From contig JBMNHB010000001.1 in NCBI GenBank assembly GCA_050950145.1, positions 53,136 to 117,135 of the forward strand: a stretch of 64,000 nt of DNA. The letters run 5' to 3'. Origin of the DNA: Candidatus Dojkabacteria bacterium (GTDB lineage Bacteria > Patescibacteriota > Dojkabacteria > SC72). The notes below the pieces were generated by a model. It searched no databases, was not told the origin of the DNA, and saw only the letters and a list, made by a program, of their open reading frames with translations. This document shows, one piece after another, positions 49,852 to 59,967 of this stretch; the stretch's first letter is position 1, and the number at the start of each line of letters is the position of its first letter. A program made the position numbers and the translations under genes.

Positions 49852-50643
49852 TTAATTTCTTCTTTCAGCTGTAACAATTAGTCTTTGTGTACCAATACCT
49901 AGAGGCCAACATGTCATTAATGTAACATTTTCTTTATCCCTTATCGGTTGTAATACAGTAAAATCATCTGGATCTACAATTTTCTTACTTCTAACAACAT
50001 ATTTTAATATTGTTCCCTCTTTCTCTATCTCTACCTCTTGTCCAATATCTACACCATCTAATCTTGAAAATATTGTTTCTGGATAATCTTGATGTCTTCT
50101 GAAAAAGGATTCTACTGCACTGTGACCGTATATGAAAGAATTACCACCATCTCCAGGAACAGGTGTTCCTTTGAAATGTGCAACGCCATTTTTTAGGAAT
50201 TTGTTGTATACATTCTCGTTAACACTTTCAACATTAGGAGTTATTTTTATCCTTTTTATCCCAATACTATTAATTGTGATATACATATCCCTGTTGTATG
50301 TAGTATCTACTTTGATAGGTTTTTGAGTTTTTGTTGTAGAATTGTAAGTTGTTGATGCTCCAAGAATCCCTAGTTTTTCAGAAAGATTTGCGAAGTAGCT
50401 AATCCCTGGATCGTAGTAGGCAAATTCATCTTCAATATATTTTTTGTATGATTCTGGTACTGGTTCTACCTTCATATCTACTCTTTTTTGAGCAATAACT
50501 CCATCAATGTATGAAGCTGTAAGTGGAATTACTTGGCTTGCAATAATTCCTACTCCAATAAAAGCTAGAACAACAGAGACTATCTTTCTAGTTCTCCTCA
50601 CTTTATTCTCATCTTCTGTATTAATATTCCAACTACTTTGCAT
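49852..50643 (-). CDS. Sortase family transpeptidase
   Basis: N-terminal TM; His motif FIYGHSA; TLxTC motif VTLMTCWP; conserved Arg in RLIVTAERR. Confidence 0.75.
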   Translation of the reverse strand: MQSSWNINTEDENKVRRTRKIVSVVLAFIGVGIIASQVIPLTASYIDGVIAQKRVDMKVEPVPESYKKYIEDEFAYYDPGISYFANLSEKLGILGASTTYNSTTKTQKPIKVDTTYNRDMYITINSIGIKRIKITPNVESVNENVYNKFLKNGVAHFKGTPVPGDGGNSFIYGHSAVESFFRRHQDYPETIFSRLDGVDIGQEVEIEKEGTILKYVVRSKKIVDPDDFTVLQPIRDKENVTLMTCWPLGIGTQRLIVTAERRN

Positions 50644-50697
50644 AGAAATATATTAGCAGATTTAGAGTAATTGAGAAACATTATAGTTTTAGAAAGA

Positions 50698-50724
50698 CTA
50701 GCAATTGAAATATTAGTCTGCTAA
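50698..50724 (+). promoter_or_regulatory. Reduced CIRCE-like operator (CTAGCA-N15-TGCTAA) upstream of dnaJ
   Basis: ctagca at 50698-50703, 15-nt spacer, tgctaa at 50719-50724; 11 nt before the dnaJ ATG. Confidence 0.5.
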
Positions 50725-50735
50725 AATATCCTGTT

Positions 50736-51821
50736 ATGGAAAAAAGAGATTATTATGAAATTTTAGGAGTAGACAAGAAAGCTTCTTCTGCAGAAATTAA
50801 AAAGGCCTACAGAAAGTTGGTGAAAAAATATCATCCGGATGTAAACAAGGAATCAGGTGCTGAAGAGAAATTCAAAGAGATACAGGAGGCATACGAGACT
50901 CTTTCAGATGAATCTAAGAGATCAGCATATGACCAATACGGACATGCTGGTACAGCTGGTTTTAATCCTGGAGCAGGTGGTGGATATACTGATTTTGGAG
51001 GAGCTCCTTTTGATATGGGAGATATTTTCAGTACCTTTTTTGGTGGAGATAGTGGTTTTGGTTTTGATTTTGGTGGACAGAGAGGTCCTAGACAGGATAT
51101 CGGTTCAGATATTAAGTATAGGATTAGATTAAGTTTCTTGGAGGCGATGAAAGGTGGTGAGTACAAAATTAAGGTTAAGAGAGAAGAAAGATGTGGTGAA
51201 TGTAATGGTACTGGAAGTAAATTAGGTAAGAAGAAAGAATGTCCAGTATGTAAAGGGAGTGGTCAACAGCAACAGGTGAGAAATACAATATTTGGTCAGA
51301 TGGCAATGATGAGTACATGTCAGAATTGTGGTGGTTCCGGAGAAGTGGTAGATGATCCTTGTGATAAGTGTAAGGGAAGTGGTATTGAGAATGTAGAAGA
51401 GAGTTTTAATATTAAGGTTCCAGCTGGTGCATATGATGGTATGGTCTTGAGGTTTAGAGGTGGTGGTAATGTTGGAAGAAATGGTGGTTCAGTTGGTGAT
51501 TTGTATATTGAGATTGAAGTAGAAGCTTCAAATGAATTTGAAAGAAGAGGTAATGATATTTACTCTGAGATGTCTATATCCGTATATACTGCTGTTTTAG
51601 GAGATACTGTTCCTGTTAAAACAATTTTTGAAGATGTTAAATTAAAGATTCCAAAAGGTACACAACCAGGTACGATATTTAGATTAAGGGGTAAGGGTGC
51701 ACATGTTCTTAATTCAGAAAAAGATAGAGGCGATCATTATGTAAGGATTAATATTGAGATTCCTACAAGGTTAAACAAGGAAGAAAAAGAGCTTTGGGAA
51801 GAACTAAAGAGTGGTGAATAA
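50736..51821 (+). CDS. dnaJ: Chaperone DnaJ
   Basis: J-domain ([11 protein letters not shown]), G/F region, four CxxCxGxG zinc-finger repeats. Confidence 0.95.
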   Translation: MEKRDYYEILGVDKKASSAEIKKAYRKLVKKYHPDVNKESGAEEKFKEIQEAYETLSDESKRSAYDQYGHAGTAGFNPGAGGGYTDFGGAPFDMGDIFSTFFGGDSGFGFDFGGQRGPRQDIGSDIKYRIRLSFLEAMKGGEYKIKVKREERCGECNGTGSKLGKKKECPVCKGSGQQQQVRNTIFGQMAMMSTCQNCGGSGEVVDDPCDKCKGSGIENVEESFNIKVPAGAYDGMVLRFRGGGNVGRNGGSVGDLYIEIEVEASNEFERRGNDIYSEMSISVYTAVLGDTVPVKTIFEDVKLKIPKGTQPGTIFRLRGKGAHVLNSEKDRGDHYVRINIEIPTRLNKEEKELWEELKSGE

Positions 51822-51883
51822 TTTTCATTTGGCTTTCCTTTCTGAAATGTGCTATACTTCTCTTGGAAAGTTATACAAAGGAA

Positions 51884-51912
51884 AGGGTGAGGATAAGACT
51901 CACCTTTTTTTT
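51884..51912 (+). terminator. Rho-independent terminator after dnaJ
   Basis: gggtgag / ctcacc stem followed by a T8 run. Confidence 0.6.
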
Positions 51913-52002
51913 AGAAACAATGTTTTAGAAAATATTCTAAAGTTGTATTTTCCCCGTTAAAACGGTAAAATATATACATAATATTTGTAATTATTACTAA
52001 TC

Positions 52003-53232
52003 ATGTCAATGACATCAGAGTTTATAGCAGCTATTAATCAAATTGCAGCTGAAAGAGGTATAGATAAAGAAGAAATTTTTGTTGCTTTAGAAGAGGCAAT
52101 ATTAGTTGCATACAAAAAGGAAAAATATGGTCTTGAAGTTCCAGAGGAAGACGAACTTTCTAACTGGTCTGTTGAGTTAAACAGAGAGAGTGGAGAATTT
52201 AAATTAATTGCATCTAAAGAGGTTGTTGAGAAAGTTAAGGATGCAGAGAAGGAAATCTCTCTTTCCGAAGCAGAGATGATTTCTCCTAACATTGAGGTTG
52301 GTGACTCTATACAAATAGAAATGCCTTCTGAAGATTTTGGAAGAATTGCAGCTCAAACAGCAAAACAGGTGATTTTACAGAAAATTAGAGAATCTGAGAA
52401 AGAAGCTGTTATTAGTGAGTATAGTGATAAAGTTGGAGAAATATTTACAGCTTTAATGCAAAGAATGCAAAAAGGTCAGGTTGTTTTTGAAGTAGGTAAG
52501 GCAACAGCATATATGCCACAAGAGGAGCAGATTTCTAATGAATTCTACAGATTAGGTGATAGGTATAAAGTTTTACTAAAAGATATTGTTGACTCACAGA
52601 TGGTTGTTTCTAGATCAGATCCTAATTTCTTAATTGGCCTGTTTAAATTAGAAGTACCAGAGATAGAGTCAGGAGTACTTGAAGTTAAAGGAGTAGCAAG
52701 AGAAGCTGGATCTAGAAGTAAGATGGCAGTAGTTTCTCATCAGGATGGTGTTGATGCAATTGGATCATGTGTTGGTCAAAGAGGTGTTAGAATTGCAAAT
52801 GTAATGAATGAGTTAGGAGAAGAGAAAATAGATATCATTGAATGGGATGAGGATATTGAAAAGTTCATTGCAAATTCATTAAGTCCTGCAAAGATAGATG
52901 ATGTCAAAGTAGAAGGAGATACTGCAACCGTTACAGTACCAAATGATCAGCTTTCATTAGCAATTGGTAGAGAAGGTCAGAATGTAAGACTTGCATGGAA
53001 ATTAACAGGATACAAGATTGATATCTTACCTGCAGATCCAGATGCACTTGAAAAGGAAGAGAAAGTAGAGAAAGTTGAGGAACAGACTGAAGAAGAAGTT
53101 AAAGAAGAGGTTGTTGATGAAAAGGAAGAGAAAGTTGAAGAACAAGCAGAGGAAAAGAAAGATGATGAAGTTGTTGAAGAAAAAGTAGAAGAAGTAAAAC
53201 CAGAAGAAGATGAAAGTCCAAAGGAAGAGTAA
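52003..53232 (+). CDS. nusA: Transcription termination/antitermination factor NusA with acidic C-terminal tail
   Basis: NusA N-domain, S1 and KH domains (IDIIEWDEDIEKFIANSLSPAKI). Confidence 0.9.
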   Translation: MSMTSEFIAAINQIAAERGIDKEEIFVALEEAILVAYKKEKYGLEVPEEDELSNWSVELNRESGEFKLIASKEVVEKVKDAEKEISLSEAEMISPNIEVGDSIQIEMPSEDFGRIAAQTAKQVILQKIRESEKEAVISEYSDKVGEIFTALMQRMQKGQVVFEVGKATAYMPQEEQISNEFYRLGDRYKVLLKDIVDSQMVVSRSDPNFLIGLFKLEVPEIESGVLEVKGVAREAGSRSKMAVVSHQDGVDAIGSCVGQRGVRIANVMNELGEEKIDIIEWDEDIEKFIANSLSPAKIDDVKVEGDTATVTVPNDQLSLAIGREGQNVRLAWKLTGYKIDILPADPDALEKEEKVEKVEEQTEEEVKEEVVDEKEEKVEEQAEEKKDDEVVEEKVEEVKPEEDESPKEE

Positions 53233-53253
53233 TTTATATAACAACATAGTTAA

Positions 53254-54807
53254 ATGGCTAAGAGTACTAAAAGTACAATTAAAAAGGGAAAGTCAAGGAC
53301 ACCAGTTGTCACTATTCTTGGCCATGTTGATCATGGTAAAACAACTATTCTTGATAGGATAAGGGAAGCTGATGTTCAAAGCTCCGAAGCAGGTGGTATT
53401 ACTCAAAAAGTATCCGTATTTACAGTTCAAATCCCAGGAAGGGATCAAGAAATTACATTTGTAGATACTCCAGGACACGAAGCTTTTGATTTAATGAGAA
53501 CAAGAGGTGGTGCAATTGCAGACATTGTTTTGTTAATCGTTGCAGCAAATGACGGTGTTCAACCTCAAACAAAAGAATCCATTGAAATCATTAATGCATC
53601 AAATGTTAAACCTATTGTTGTAATTAACAAAGTTGATCTACCAAATATCAATATAGAGAAAGTAAAAAGAGATATTGTAAATAATGGTTTGCAGATTGAA
53701 GGTTTTGGTGGAACAGTACCAGTTGTTGAAGTTTCAGCTAAGACAGGAACAGGAATTAAAGAACTCTTAGATTTAATTCTTTTGGTCTCAGAGGTTGAAG
53801 GTTTAAGAGAAGAGATCAAATTGCCAGAAGGGATTTTAGGTAAAACATTTGTCTTAGAATCAGTAAAAGATAAATTTAAGGGAAATGTTTCCTCAGTAGT
53901 TCTCATTCAGGGTAATCTCTGTCAAGGTAATTGGTTTGGTTACAAGTTTAATGAAAAACTTTACATTGAGAAAATTAAGGGTTTAATTACAGAGGATGGA
54001 GGAAATCTTTGTACTCTTGAGTGTGGTTGTGGAGGAAAGATCATTGGTCTTTCAAATCTGCTTGAACTTGGTACTGAGGGATATGTTTTAGAAAAGAATG
54101 ATAAAGGACTCTTAGAATCAGTATTAAAAACAGAAGAGGGTGAAGAAGAGGAAAAAGAAGAGTTTAGTTTTGAAGATTTCTTTGCTACCAATGAGGAGGA
54201 AAATGAAGAAGGTGGTTCGTTGAATGTGATTGTGAAAAGCTCTTCAGAAGGTTCTCTTGAAGCCATAAAAAACACATTGGGGAAGATAGTTGAAGATGAT
54301 TTTTCAGTCAAGATTTTAGATTCAGGTGTTGGAAATATTACATTGAAAGATGTTGAGTTTGCGATGCTTTCCAAAGCTATTATTCTTGGTTTTGAAGTAC
54401 AGATAGAAGCAGGTGTTGCTGATTATGCTAAGAAGAACAAGGTTTTGGTAAAAACCTATGACATTATCTATCGTATCTTTGAAGAAATTAAAGAAGCTCT
54501 TGTTGCAATGTCTTTACCCCAAGAGACAGAGGAGGAAATCGGTAATGCAACAGTAAAAACCATTTTTATCCTTTCAGATAGTTCAAAAGTTTTAGGAAGT
54601 AAGGTGGACAAGGGAATGTTGAAAAGGGACTGTAAGGTATATGTTGTAAGAAATGATGAGATTATAGGGGAGAGTAAGATAAAAAGTTTGAGAATTAACA
54701 AAGATCAGGTAAATGAAGTTAAAAATGGTTTTGAATGTGGTATACAACTCACAGACAACATAGAAGCAAAAGAAGGTGACTCGGTCTACTGCTACAAGAA
54801 AGTCTAG
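53254..54807 (+). CDS. infB: Translation initiation factor IF-2, short form lacking N-terminal domains
   Basis: G-domain RTPVVTILGHVDHGKTTILD...EAGGITQ, DTPGHEAF, NKVD; 517 aa. Confidence 0.9.
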   Translation: MAKSTKSTIKKGKSRTPVVTILGHVDHGKTTILDRIREADVQSSEAGGITQKVSVFTVQIPGRDQEITFVDTPGHEAFDLMRTRGGAIADIVLLIVAANDGVQPQTKESIEIINASNVKPIVVINKVDLPNINIEKVKRDIVNNGLQIEGFGGTVPVVEVSAKTGTGIKELLDLILLVSEVEGLREEIKLPEGILGKTFVLESVKDKFKGNVSSVVLIQGNLCQGNWFGYKFNEKLYIEKIKGLITEDGGNLCTLECGCGGKIIGLSNLLELGTEGYVLEKNDKGLLESVLKTEEGEEEEKEEFSFEDFFATNEEENEEGGSLNVIVKSSSEGSLEAIKNTLGKIVEDDFSVKILDSGVGNITLKDVEFAMLSKAIILGFEVQIEAGVADYAKKNKVLVKTYDIIYRIFEEIKEALVAMSLPQETEEEIGNATVKTIFILSDSSKVLGSKVDKGMLKRDCKVYVVRNDEIIGESKIKSLRINKDQVNEVKNGFECGIQLTDNIEAKEGDSVYCYKKV

Positions 54808-54816
54808 GGATCTGAC

Positions 54817-55003
54817 CTAGGTCTGCCCCTTGTTCATAAGTTTTTCATAATGTCCTAACCGTCTCCTACTACTGAGTAATTTCAACATTCAAACCGACAC
54901 CTAGACCAAAAGTTGTACAATGATACAGAGCGAAGGATTAGGAGACCTTTCTAGAAAAGAGAAACTTCACCATTAAATTTCTATTAACGCGGGGCAGACC
55001 TAG
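54817..55003. repeat. 187-bp element closed by a 13-bp inverted repeat (ctaggtctgcccc / ggggcagacctag)
   Basis: IR arms at 54817-54829 and 54991-55003, between the infB stop and the RuBisCO start; arm contains the palindrome gacctaggtc. Confidence 0.45.
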
Positions 55004-55056
55004 ACCTGACCTGAAGAATGTTGTATTCTTGAAGAGATAAGTTAGTTTGCCCATAT

Positions 55057-56481
55057 ATGCAAAAACAATATATTCAAATAGGGAATCAGAATGTTTTCAA
55101 TGGACAATATCTTCTTGCAGTTTTTAGGATAAAAGGAGAAGAAGGTATTACTGTTGAAGATATCGCTAGTGAAGTAGCTGCAGAGTCTTCTACTGGTTCA
55201 AATGTAAAAATCAAAATATCTACTCCTTTTTCTGAAAGTTTAAATGCGGTTGTATACAGAGTGGATGAAGAACAAAATCTTGCTTGGATTGCATATCCCT
55301 GGAGAATCTTTGATAGAGGTGGTAATGTTCAAAATATCATGACCTTTCTTGCTGGAAATGTATTTGGAATGAGTAGTGTAAAGGCTTGCAAACTACTAGA
55401 CGTATATTTCCCTCCTCAGATGCTTGTTCAATACGATGGTCCAAATTACACAATTGATGATATGAGAAAGTATCTTGGTGTTGAGAAAAGACCAATATTT
55501 GGAACAATCATTAAACCTAAAATAGGATTAACATCTTCAGAATACGCAGAAGTTTGCTATGACTTCTGGTCAGGTGGTGGTGATTTTGTAAAAAATGATG
55601 AACCTCAAGCAGATCAAGATTTTGCTCCTTTTGAATTCATGGTTAGAGATGTAAGGCTGGCAATGGACAGAGTAGAGCAAGAAACAGGAAAAACAAAAGT
55701 ACATTCCTTTAATATCTCTTCAGCTGATTTTGATACAATGATAAAGCGAGCTGACTTTGTCCAATCAGTAATGAAACCCGGTAGCTATGCATTTTTAGTA
55801 GATGGAATTACAGCAGGTTGGACAGCAGTACAAACAATTAGAAGACGATATCCTGATGTATTCTTACATTTCCATAGAGCTGGACATGGTGCATTTACAA
55901 GAGAAGAAGCACCATTTGGTTTTACAGTTCCTGTTTTAACAAAGTTTGCGAGATTGGCAGGAGCATCAGGCATTCATACAGGAACAGCTGGCGTAGGTAA
56001 AATGGCAGGATCTCCAAAAGAAGATATTATGGCTGCAAATCATGCCTTAAGACTCTTTTCAAAAGGTGATTTCTTTAATCAAATATGGTCAGAAATACCA
56101 GAAAAAGATACAGATTTGATAGATGCAATAAAGAAAGAACAAGAAGGACAAGACTATTCTGGTTTTGGATATTGGAGAATGGTTAAAAAGACTACTCCAA
56201 TTATCTCAGGAGGTCTAAACCCAACATTAATAGGAAAATTCTTAGATGTAGTTGGAACACTGGATTTCATTACAACAATGGGTGGTGGAGTACATTCTCA
56301 TCCAATGGGTACAAAAGCTGGGGCAACAGCAGTATTACAAGCATATGAGGCATGGGAGCAAAAAATTCCTTTAGAAGAATATGCCCAAGATAAAGAGGAA
56401 TTGAAATCTGCAATTGAATTCTATGGAAAGAAAAAAGTAGAGAGTACCTCTGAGGCGGATGAAGACAAACCCATTATATAA
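55057..56481 (+). CDS. Ribulose-1,5-bisphosphate carboxylase large subunit, form II/III-like
   Basis: GGGDFVKNDEPQ (carbamylated-Lys region), IIKPKIGL (catalytic Lys), 474 aa; no small subunit gene adjacent. Confidence 0.9.
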   Translation: MQKQYIQIGNQNVFNGQYLLAVFRIKGEEGITVEDIASEVAAESSTGSNVKIKISTPFSESLNAVVYRVDEEQNLAWIAYPWRIFDRGGNVQNIMTFLAGNVFGMSSVKACKLLDVYFPPQMLVQYDGPNYTIDDMRKYLGVEKRPIFGTIIKPKIGLTSSEYAEVCYDFWSGGGDFVKNDEPQADQDFAPFEFMVRDVRLAMDRVEQETGKTKVHSFNISSADFDTMIKRADFVQSVMKPGSYAFLVDGITAGWTAVQTIRRRYPDVFLHFHRAGHGAFTREEAPFGFTVPVLTKFARLAGASGIHTGTAGVGKMAGSPKEDIMAANHALRLFSKGDFFNQIWSEIPEKDTDLIDAIKKEQEGQDYSGFGYWRMVKKTTPIISGGLNPTLIGKFLDVVGTLDFITTMGGGVHSHPMGTKAGATAVLQAYEAWEQKIPLEEYAQDKEELKSAIEFYGKKKVESTSEADEDKPII

Positions 56482-56584
56482 GGAGTATTCTTGACATATA
56501 GCCTATAAGTATAGTACAATATTGTATATACGACAGGAAAATCCCTTGTAATTATTAATATATAATGATAACCTGTTAATATAT

Positions 56585-56848
56585 ATGGCATTAAATACAG
56601 AAGAAAAAGCACAAGTAGTAAAGAAATTTGCACTTCACGAAGGTGATACTGGTTCACCAGAAGTTCAGATTGCTTTGTTAACTAAACAGATAGATGATCT
56701 TAGTGAGCACTTAAAGGTTCATAAAAAAGACAATCACTCCAGAAGAGGTTTACTTCAAATTGTAGGTAAAAGGAGAAGATTGCTTCAATATCTTAAAGAT
56801 AACGAAGAGGAAAGGTATAATGCTTTAGTAAAAAAGCTAAAGATATAG
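56585..56848 (+). CDS. rpsO: 30S ribosomal protein S15
   Basis: 87 aa; [17 protein letters not shown]...HSRRGLL. Confidence 0.95.
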   Translation: MALNTEEKAQVVKKFALHEGDTGSPEVQIALLTKQIDDLSEHLKVHKKDNHSRRGLLQIVGKRRRLLQYLKDNEEERYNALVKKLKI

Positions 56849-56948
56849 TCTTTTCTTTCCCTCTTCCTTTGTAAAAACTTTCCCATTAAAATACAGTAGT
56901 CTTTTTAAGGCTAAATATTTTTTGTATATAAATTAAATAATTAAAATA

Positions 56949-59027
56949 ATGTTGTTTAACGAAATTAAACATGAATTTGAGATAGGTGGTAGAAAGTGTT
57001 CCTTTGAAACAGGAAAACTAGCATTAAAATCTCAGTCCTCTATTCTTGCAAGAATGGGAGATACAGCAATTACAGTTAATGTAAATACTAAACCATCAAC
57101 AGGAGAGCTCGATTACTTTCCTCTTTCAGTAGAATATATTGAAAAATTCTATGCATCTGGCAAGATAAGTGGATCTAGATTTGTAAAGAGAGAGAGATTT
57201 CCAAGTGATGATGCGATTCTTAAGGCAAGAATGATTGATAGGTCAATTAGACCAAGATTTCCTGAAGATTACAAGGATGAGGTAAGTGTAATTGTTACTG
57301 TCATGTCATATGATGGTGAGAATGATCCTGCACTCTTAGCAATTAATGCAACATCTGTAGCTTTAATGAATTCATTTGCTCCTTTTGAGGGACCAATTGG
57401 TGCAGTTAGATTAGGTTTGAATGGTGATGAAGTTATTCCACTGTATAAAGCGATAGATCTTACGTCAGAGGATGAAAAGATGAACTATGTTGTAGCTGGT
57501 GATGGAAAGACATTTACTATGATTGATGCAGGTACACATATTGTTTCGGAAGAGAAGATTTTAGAGGCTATGGAGAAATCTCTAGATATGATGAAGGAGT
57601 GGATTAAACCCCAAGAAGAGTTTATTAAAAAGTTAGAAGCAAAGGATAAGGCATATGAGTCAGCAGGATTAGCAGATGAGGTTGTAGCAGCGGTGGAAGA
57701 GATTTTAGGAGGTGATACAATTAGAAAAAATCTTGAGACAGGTGATGCAAAGATGCATGAGGCAAGTAGGGAAGAATTATTTACTAAATTAGAAGGGAAG
57801 TACTCTAAGGCAGCTATAAGTGAGGCATATGAGAAACTTCAGAAGAAGATGTTAAGAAAGATTGTTTTGGATGAAGACAAAAGGGTTGATGGTAGAGGAA
57901 TTACAGATATTAGAGAGATGGCAACTGAAGTTGATTTACTCCCTAGAGTTCATGGTTCTGCACTTTTCACTAGAGGTGTTACTCAGACATTAACAATTGC
58001 TACTTTAGGAAGTCTTAGGGATGTAAGACTTGTTGATGATATGGAGGGTGAGAGAGAACAGAGATATATGCATTTCTACAATGACTTACCATTTGCGTAT
58101 GGTGATGTTGATAGGGTTAAGTTAATGCCAAGCAGAAGGGCTATAGGTCATGGTATGTTAGCAGAGAAAGGTTTGTGGCCAGTAATTCCATCAGAGGAAG
58201 ATTTTCCATATACAATGTTAGTAATGAGTGAGATTCAAGGTGAGAATGGTTCTAGCTCTATGGCTTCAGCGTGTGGTTCTTCTATGGCTCTCATGGCTGC
58301 AGGAGTTCCAATTAAAGATATTGTTGGAGGTATTGCTTGTGGTTTAGTTACAGGTGAGGACGGAACATTCAAAGTACTTACAGATATGCAAGGAGTAGAG
58401 GACTTCTATGGTGATATGGATTTCAAGATTACAGGAACAGAGTCTGGTGTAACTGCTGTACAGATGGATACAAAAACAAAAGGTTTAGACATGGATGTTG
58501 TGAGACAGACATTTGCACAATCTAAAGAAGCTAGAAAGATTGTAATTGCAAAGATGAAGGAGGCAATTGCTGAGCCTAGGACAGAAATGTCTCAATATGC
58601 ACCTAGAGTTGTACAGATAAAGGTGCCTACGGATAAGATTGGTGAAATTATTGGACCAGGAGGAAAGAATATTAGAGAACTTTCTGAAAAGACAGGAGCA
58701 GAGATTGAGATAGATGAGGATGGTACAGTTAATATATATAGCTCATCTCAAGAATCAATAGATGAAGCATCTAAAGCAATTAGTGTTTACAACTTTGTTC
58801 CTAAGGTTGGAGAAATCTATGAAGGTAAGGTTGCTTCAATTATGCCATATGGAGCATTTGTTGATTTAACTCCAAGTATCTCAGGTCTTCTTCATGTTTC
58901 TGAAATGGCAGATGAATTTGTAAAAGACCCTAAGAAATTTGTTAATGAAGGGGAGATAATAAAGGTAAAGATTGTTGATATTGATAGAGCAGGGAAGATA
59001 AAGTTGAGTATTAAGGGGGTAAAGTAG
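56949..59027 (+). CDS. pnp: Polyribonucleotide nucleotidyltransferase (PNPase)
   Basis: Two RNase PH domains, KH and S1 domains; classic rpsO-pnp arrangement. Confidence 0.95.
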   Translation: MLFNEIKHEFEIGGRKCSFETGKLALKSQSSILARMGDTAITVNVNTKPSTGELDYFPLSVEYIEKFYASGKISGSRFVKRERFPSDDAILKARMIDRSIRPRFPEDYKDEVSVIVTVMSYDGENDPALLAINATSVALMNSFAPFEGPIGAVRLGLNGDEVIPLYKAIDLTSEDEKMNYVVAGDGKTFTMIDAGTHIVSEEKILEAMEKSLDMMKEWIKPQEEFIKKLEAKDKAYESAGLADEVVAAVEEILGGDTIRKNLETGDAKMHEASREELFTKLEGKYSKAAISEAYEKLQKKMLRKIVLDEDKRVDGRGITDIREMATEVDLLPRVHGSALFTRGVTQTLTIATLGSLRDVRLVDDMEGEREQRYMHFYNDLPFAYGDVDRVKLMPSRRAIGHGMLAEKGLWPVIPSEEDFPYTMLVMSEIQGENGSSSMASACGSSMALMAAGVPIKDIVGGIACGLVTGEDGTFKVLTDMQGVEDFYGDMDFKITGTESGVTAVQMDTKTKGLDMDVVRQTFAQSKEARKIVIAKMKEAIAEPRTEMSQYAPRVVQIKVPTDKIGEIIGPGGKNIRELSEKTGAEIEIDEDGTVNIYSSSQESIDEASKAISVYNFVPKVGEIYEGKVASIMPYGAFVDLTPSISGLLHVSEMADEFVKDPKKFVNEGEIIKVKIVDIDRAGKIKLSIKGVK

Positions 59028-59043
59028 AAATGATGTTTGGACT

Positions 59044-59239
59044 GGTGATAATTTGTCACCAGTTCACTCTTTTCTGAAGTGTCCGATTTTTGCGGACGGT
59101 TTGTGTTTTCAGTTGTCCGATTTTAACGGACAGCTGTTTTTTTGTTAGAAGAGTGATTAATAAGGCATAAAGTTGTCTTTTTAAGTTGGTGATAATTTGT
59201 CACCAACTGCATTGTGTGAACTGTACGATATTTTCGTAC
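59044..59239. repeat. Array of five 17-bp palindromes (5-bp arms, 7-nt centre) within two ~60-bp direct repeats
   Basis: GGTGAtaatttgTCACC at 59045 and 59188. GTCCGatttttgCGGAC at 59081, GTCCGattttaaCGGAC at 59115, GTACGatattttCGTAC at 59223. Unit (GGTGA palindrome, ~20 nt, GTxCG palindrome) repeated 143 bp apart. Confidence 0.5.
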
Positions 59240-59516
59240 GATTGATAGTGTAAGTTAATAAATATATGAAAAAAGACCTTAACTTTTTTAAAAGCTAGGT
59301 CTTCTTTCGATGGGCGAGATTACCTCTCGACCAATTAGTTATACACCAGTATACAACTAAAATGCAATACAAATTGTTCGGTTGTTGTAATAGGCTTTTG
59401 TAGATGTACGACAGGTGATGTGATTTTATAAATGTGTACAACAAGAAAAATATTGTTTGCATTAAGCTTGGCTTGTTTTCCTATAGTATTTCTGCTATAA
59501 TCTTACTGTCAAAAGA

Positions 59517-59729
59517 GTGGCTCTTTACAAAATAAAAGAAGGTAGTAATATAACTTCTAGTGATAGCTATAGTTTCCACCATACTTCTTGGCAAAACTCT
59601 GGGGAAGATGGTGACAAAGGGACTAGGACTAGTTCTGATTGGCAAAACTCTAACACTGGTGGTTGGACAAAAACTTCAGAACATAGTACAAACCAAAACT
59701 ATGGCAAAAAGAGCTCAAAGCGTCACTAA
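59517..59729 (+). CDS. Questionable small ORF (70 aa, hydrophilic, internal SWQNS/DWQNS repeat)
   Basis: ORF only; lies in the ORF-poor gap downstream of the palindrome array. Confidence 0.2.
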   Translation: MALYKIKEGSNITSSDSYSFHHTSWQNSGEDGDKGTRTSSDWQNSNTGGWTKTSEHSTNQNYGKKSSKRH

Positions 59730-59800
59730 CAACTAAAACAAGCTAATTAAGTACCAAAAAACAATGATTAACAATCCAAAGCTTCTCTTTTAGACAAAGA

Positions 59801-59841
59801 GAGAGAAATCTAATATCCTAATTGAGTGTTAGATTTCTCTC
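59801..59841 (+). repeat. Perfect 13-bp stem hairpin (gagagaaatctaa / ttagatttctctc) with 15-nt loop
   Basis: Seen directly; no T-run follows. Confidence 0.4.
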
Positions 59842-59921
59842 CATCTTTACTAATTATGTAGGGTGCAAGGGAAATAGGGTCCCTTTTAATGAGGTGCAAG
59901 TCCTCCACTCTAGACCGAGGT

Positions 59922-59967
59922 CCACCCTCTTGTCTGCCTTAAAAAAGCAGGGGAGGGTGCTTTTTTT
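59922..59967. terminator. Candidate bidirectional rho-independent terminator between convergent transcription units
   Basis: caccctc / gagggtg stem with A6 run upstream and T7 run downstream; just past the rsmB stop (60010). Confidence 0.55.

Noticed and set aside
59860-59940. Possible tRNA, tmRNA, SRP RNA or RNase P RNA in the ORF-poor gap (repeated ggtgcaag, gaccgaggtcc)
   Set aside because: No T-loop (GTTCGAATC-like), CCA-adjacent acceptor, GGAA tetraloop / AGCAGC SRP motif or GGAAAGTCC RNase P motif could be found on either strand. Left as unexplained structure rather than called.
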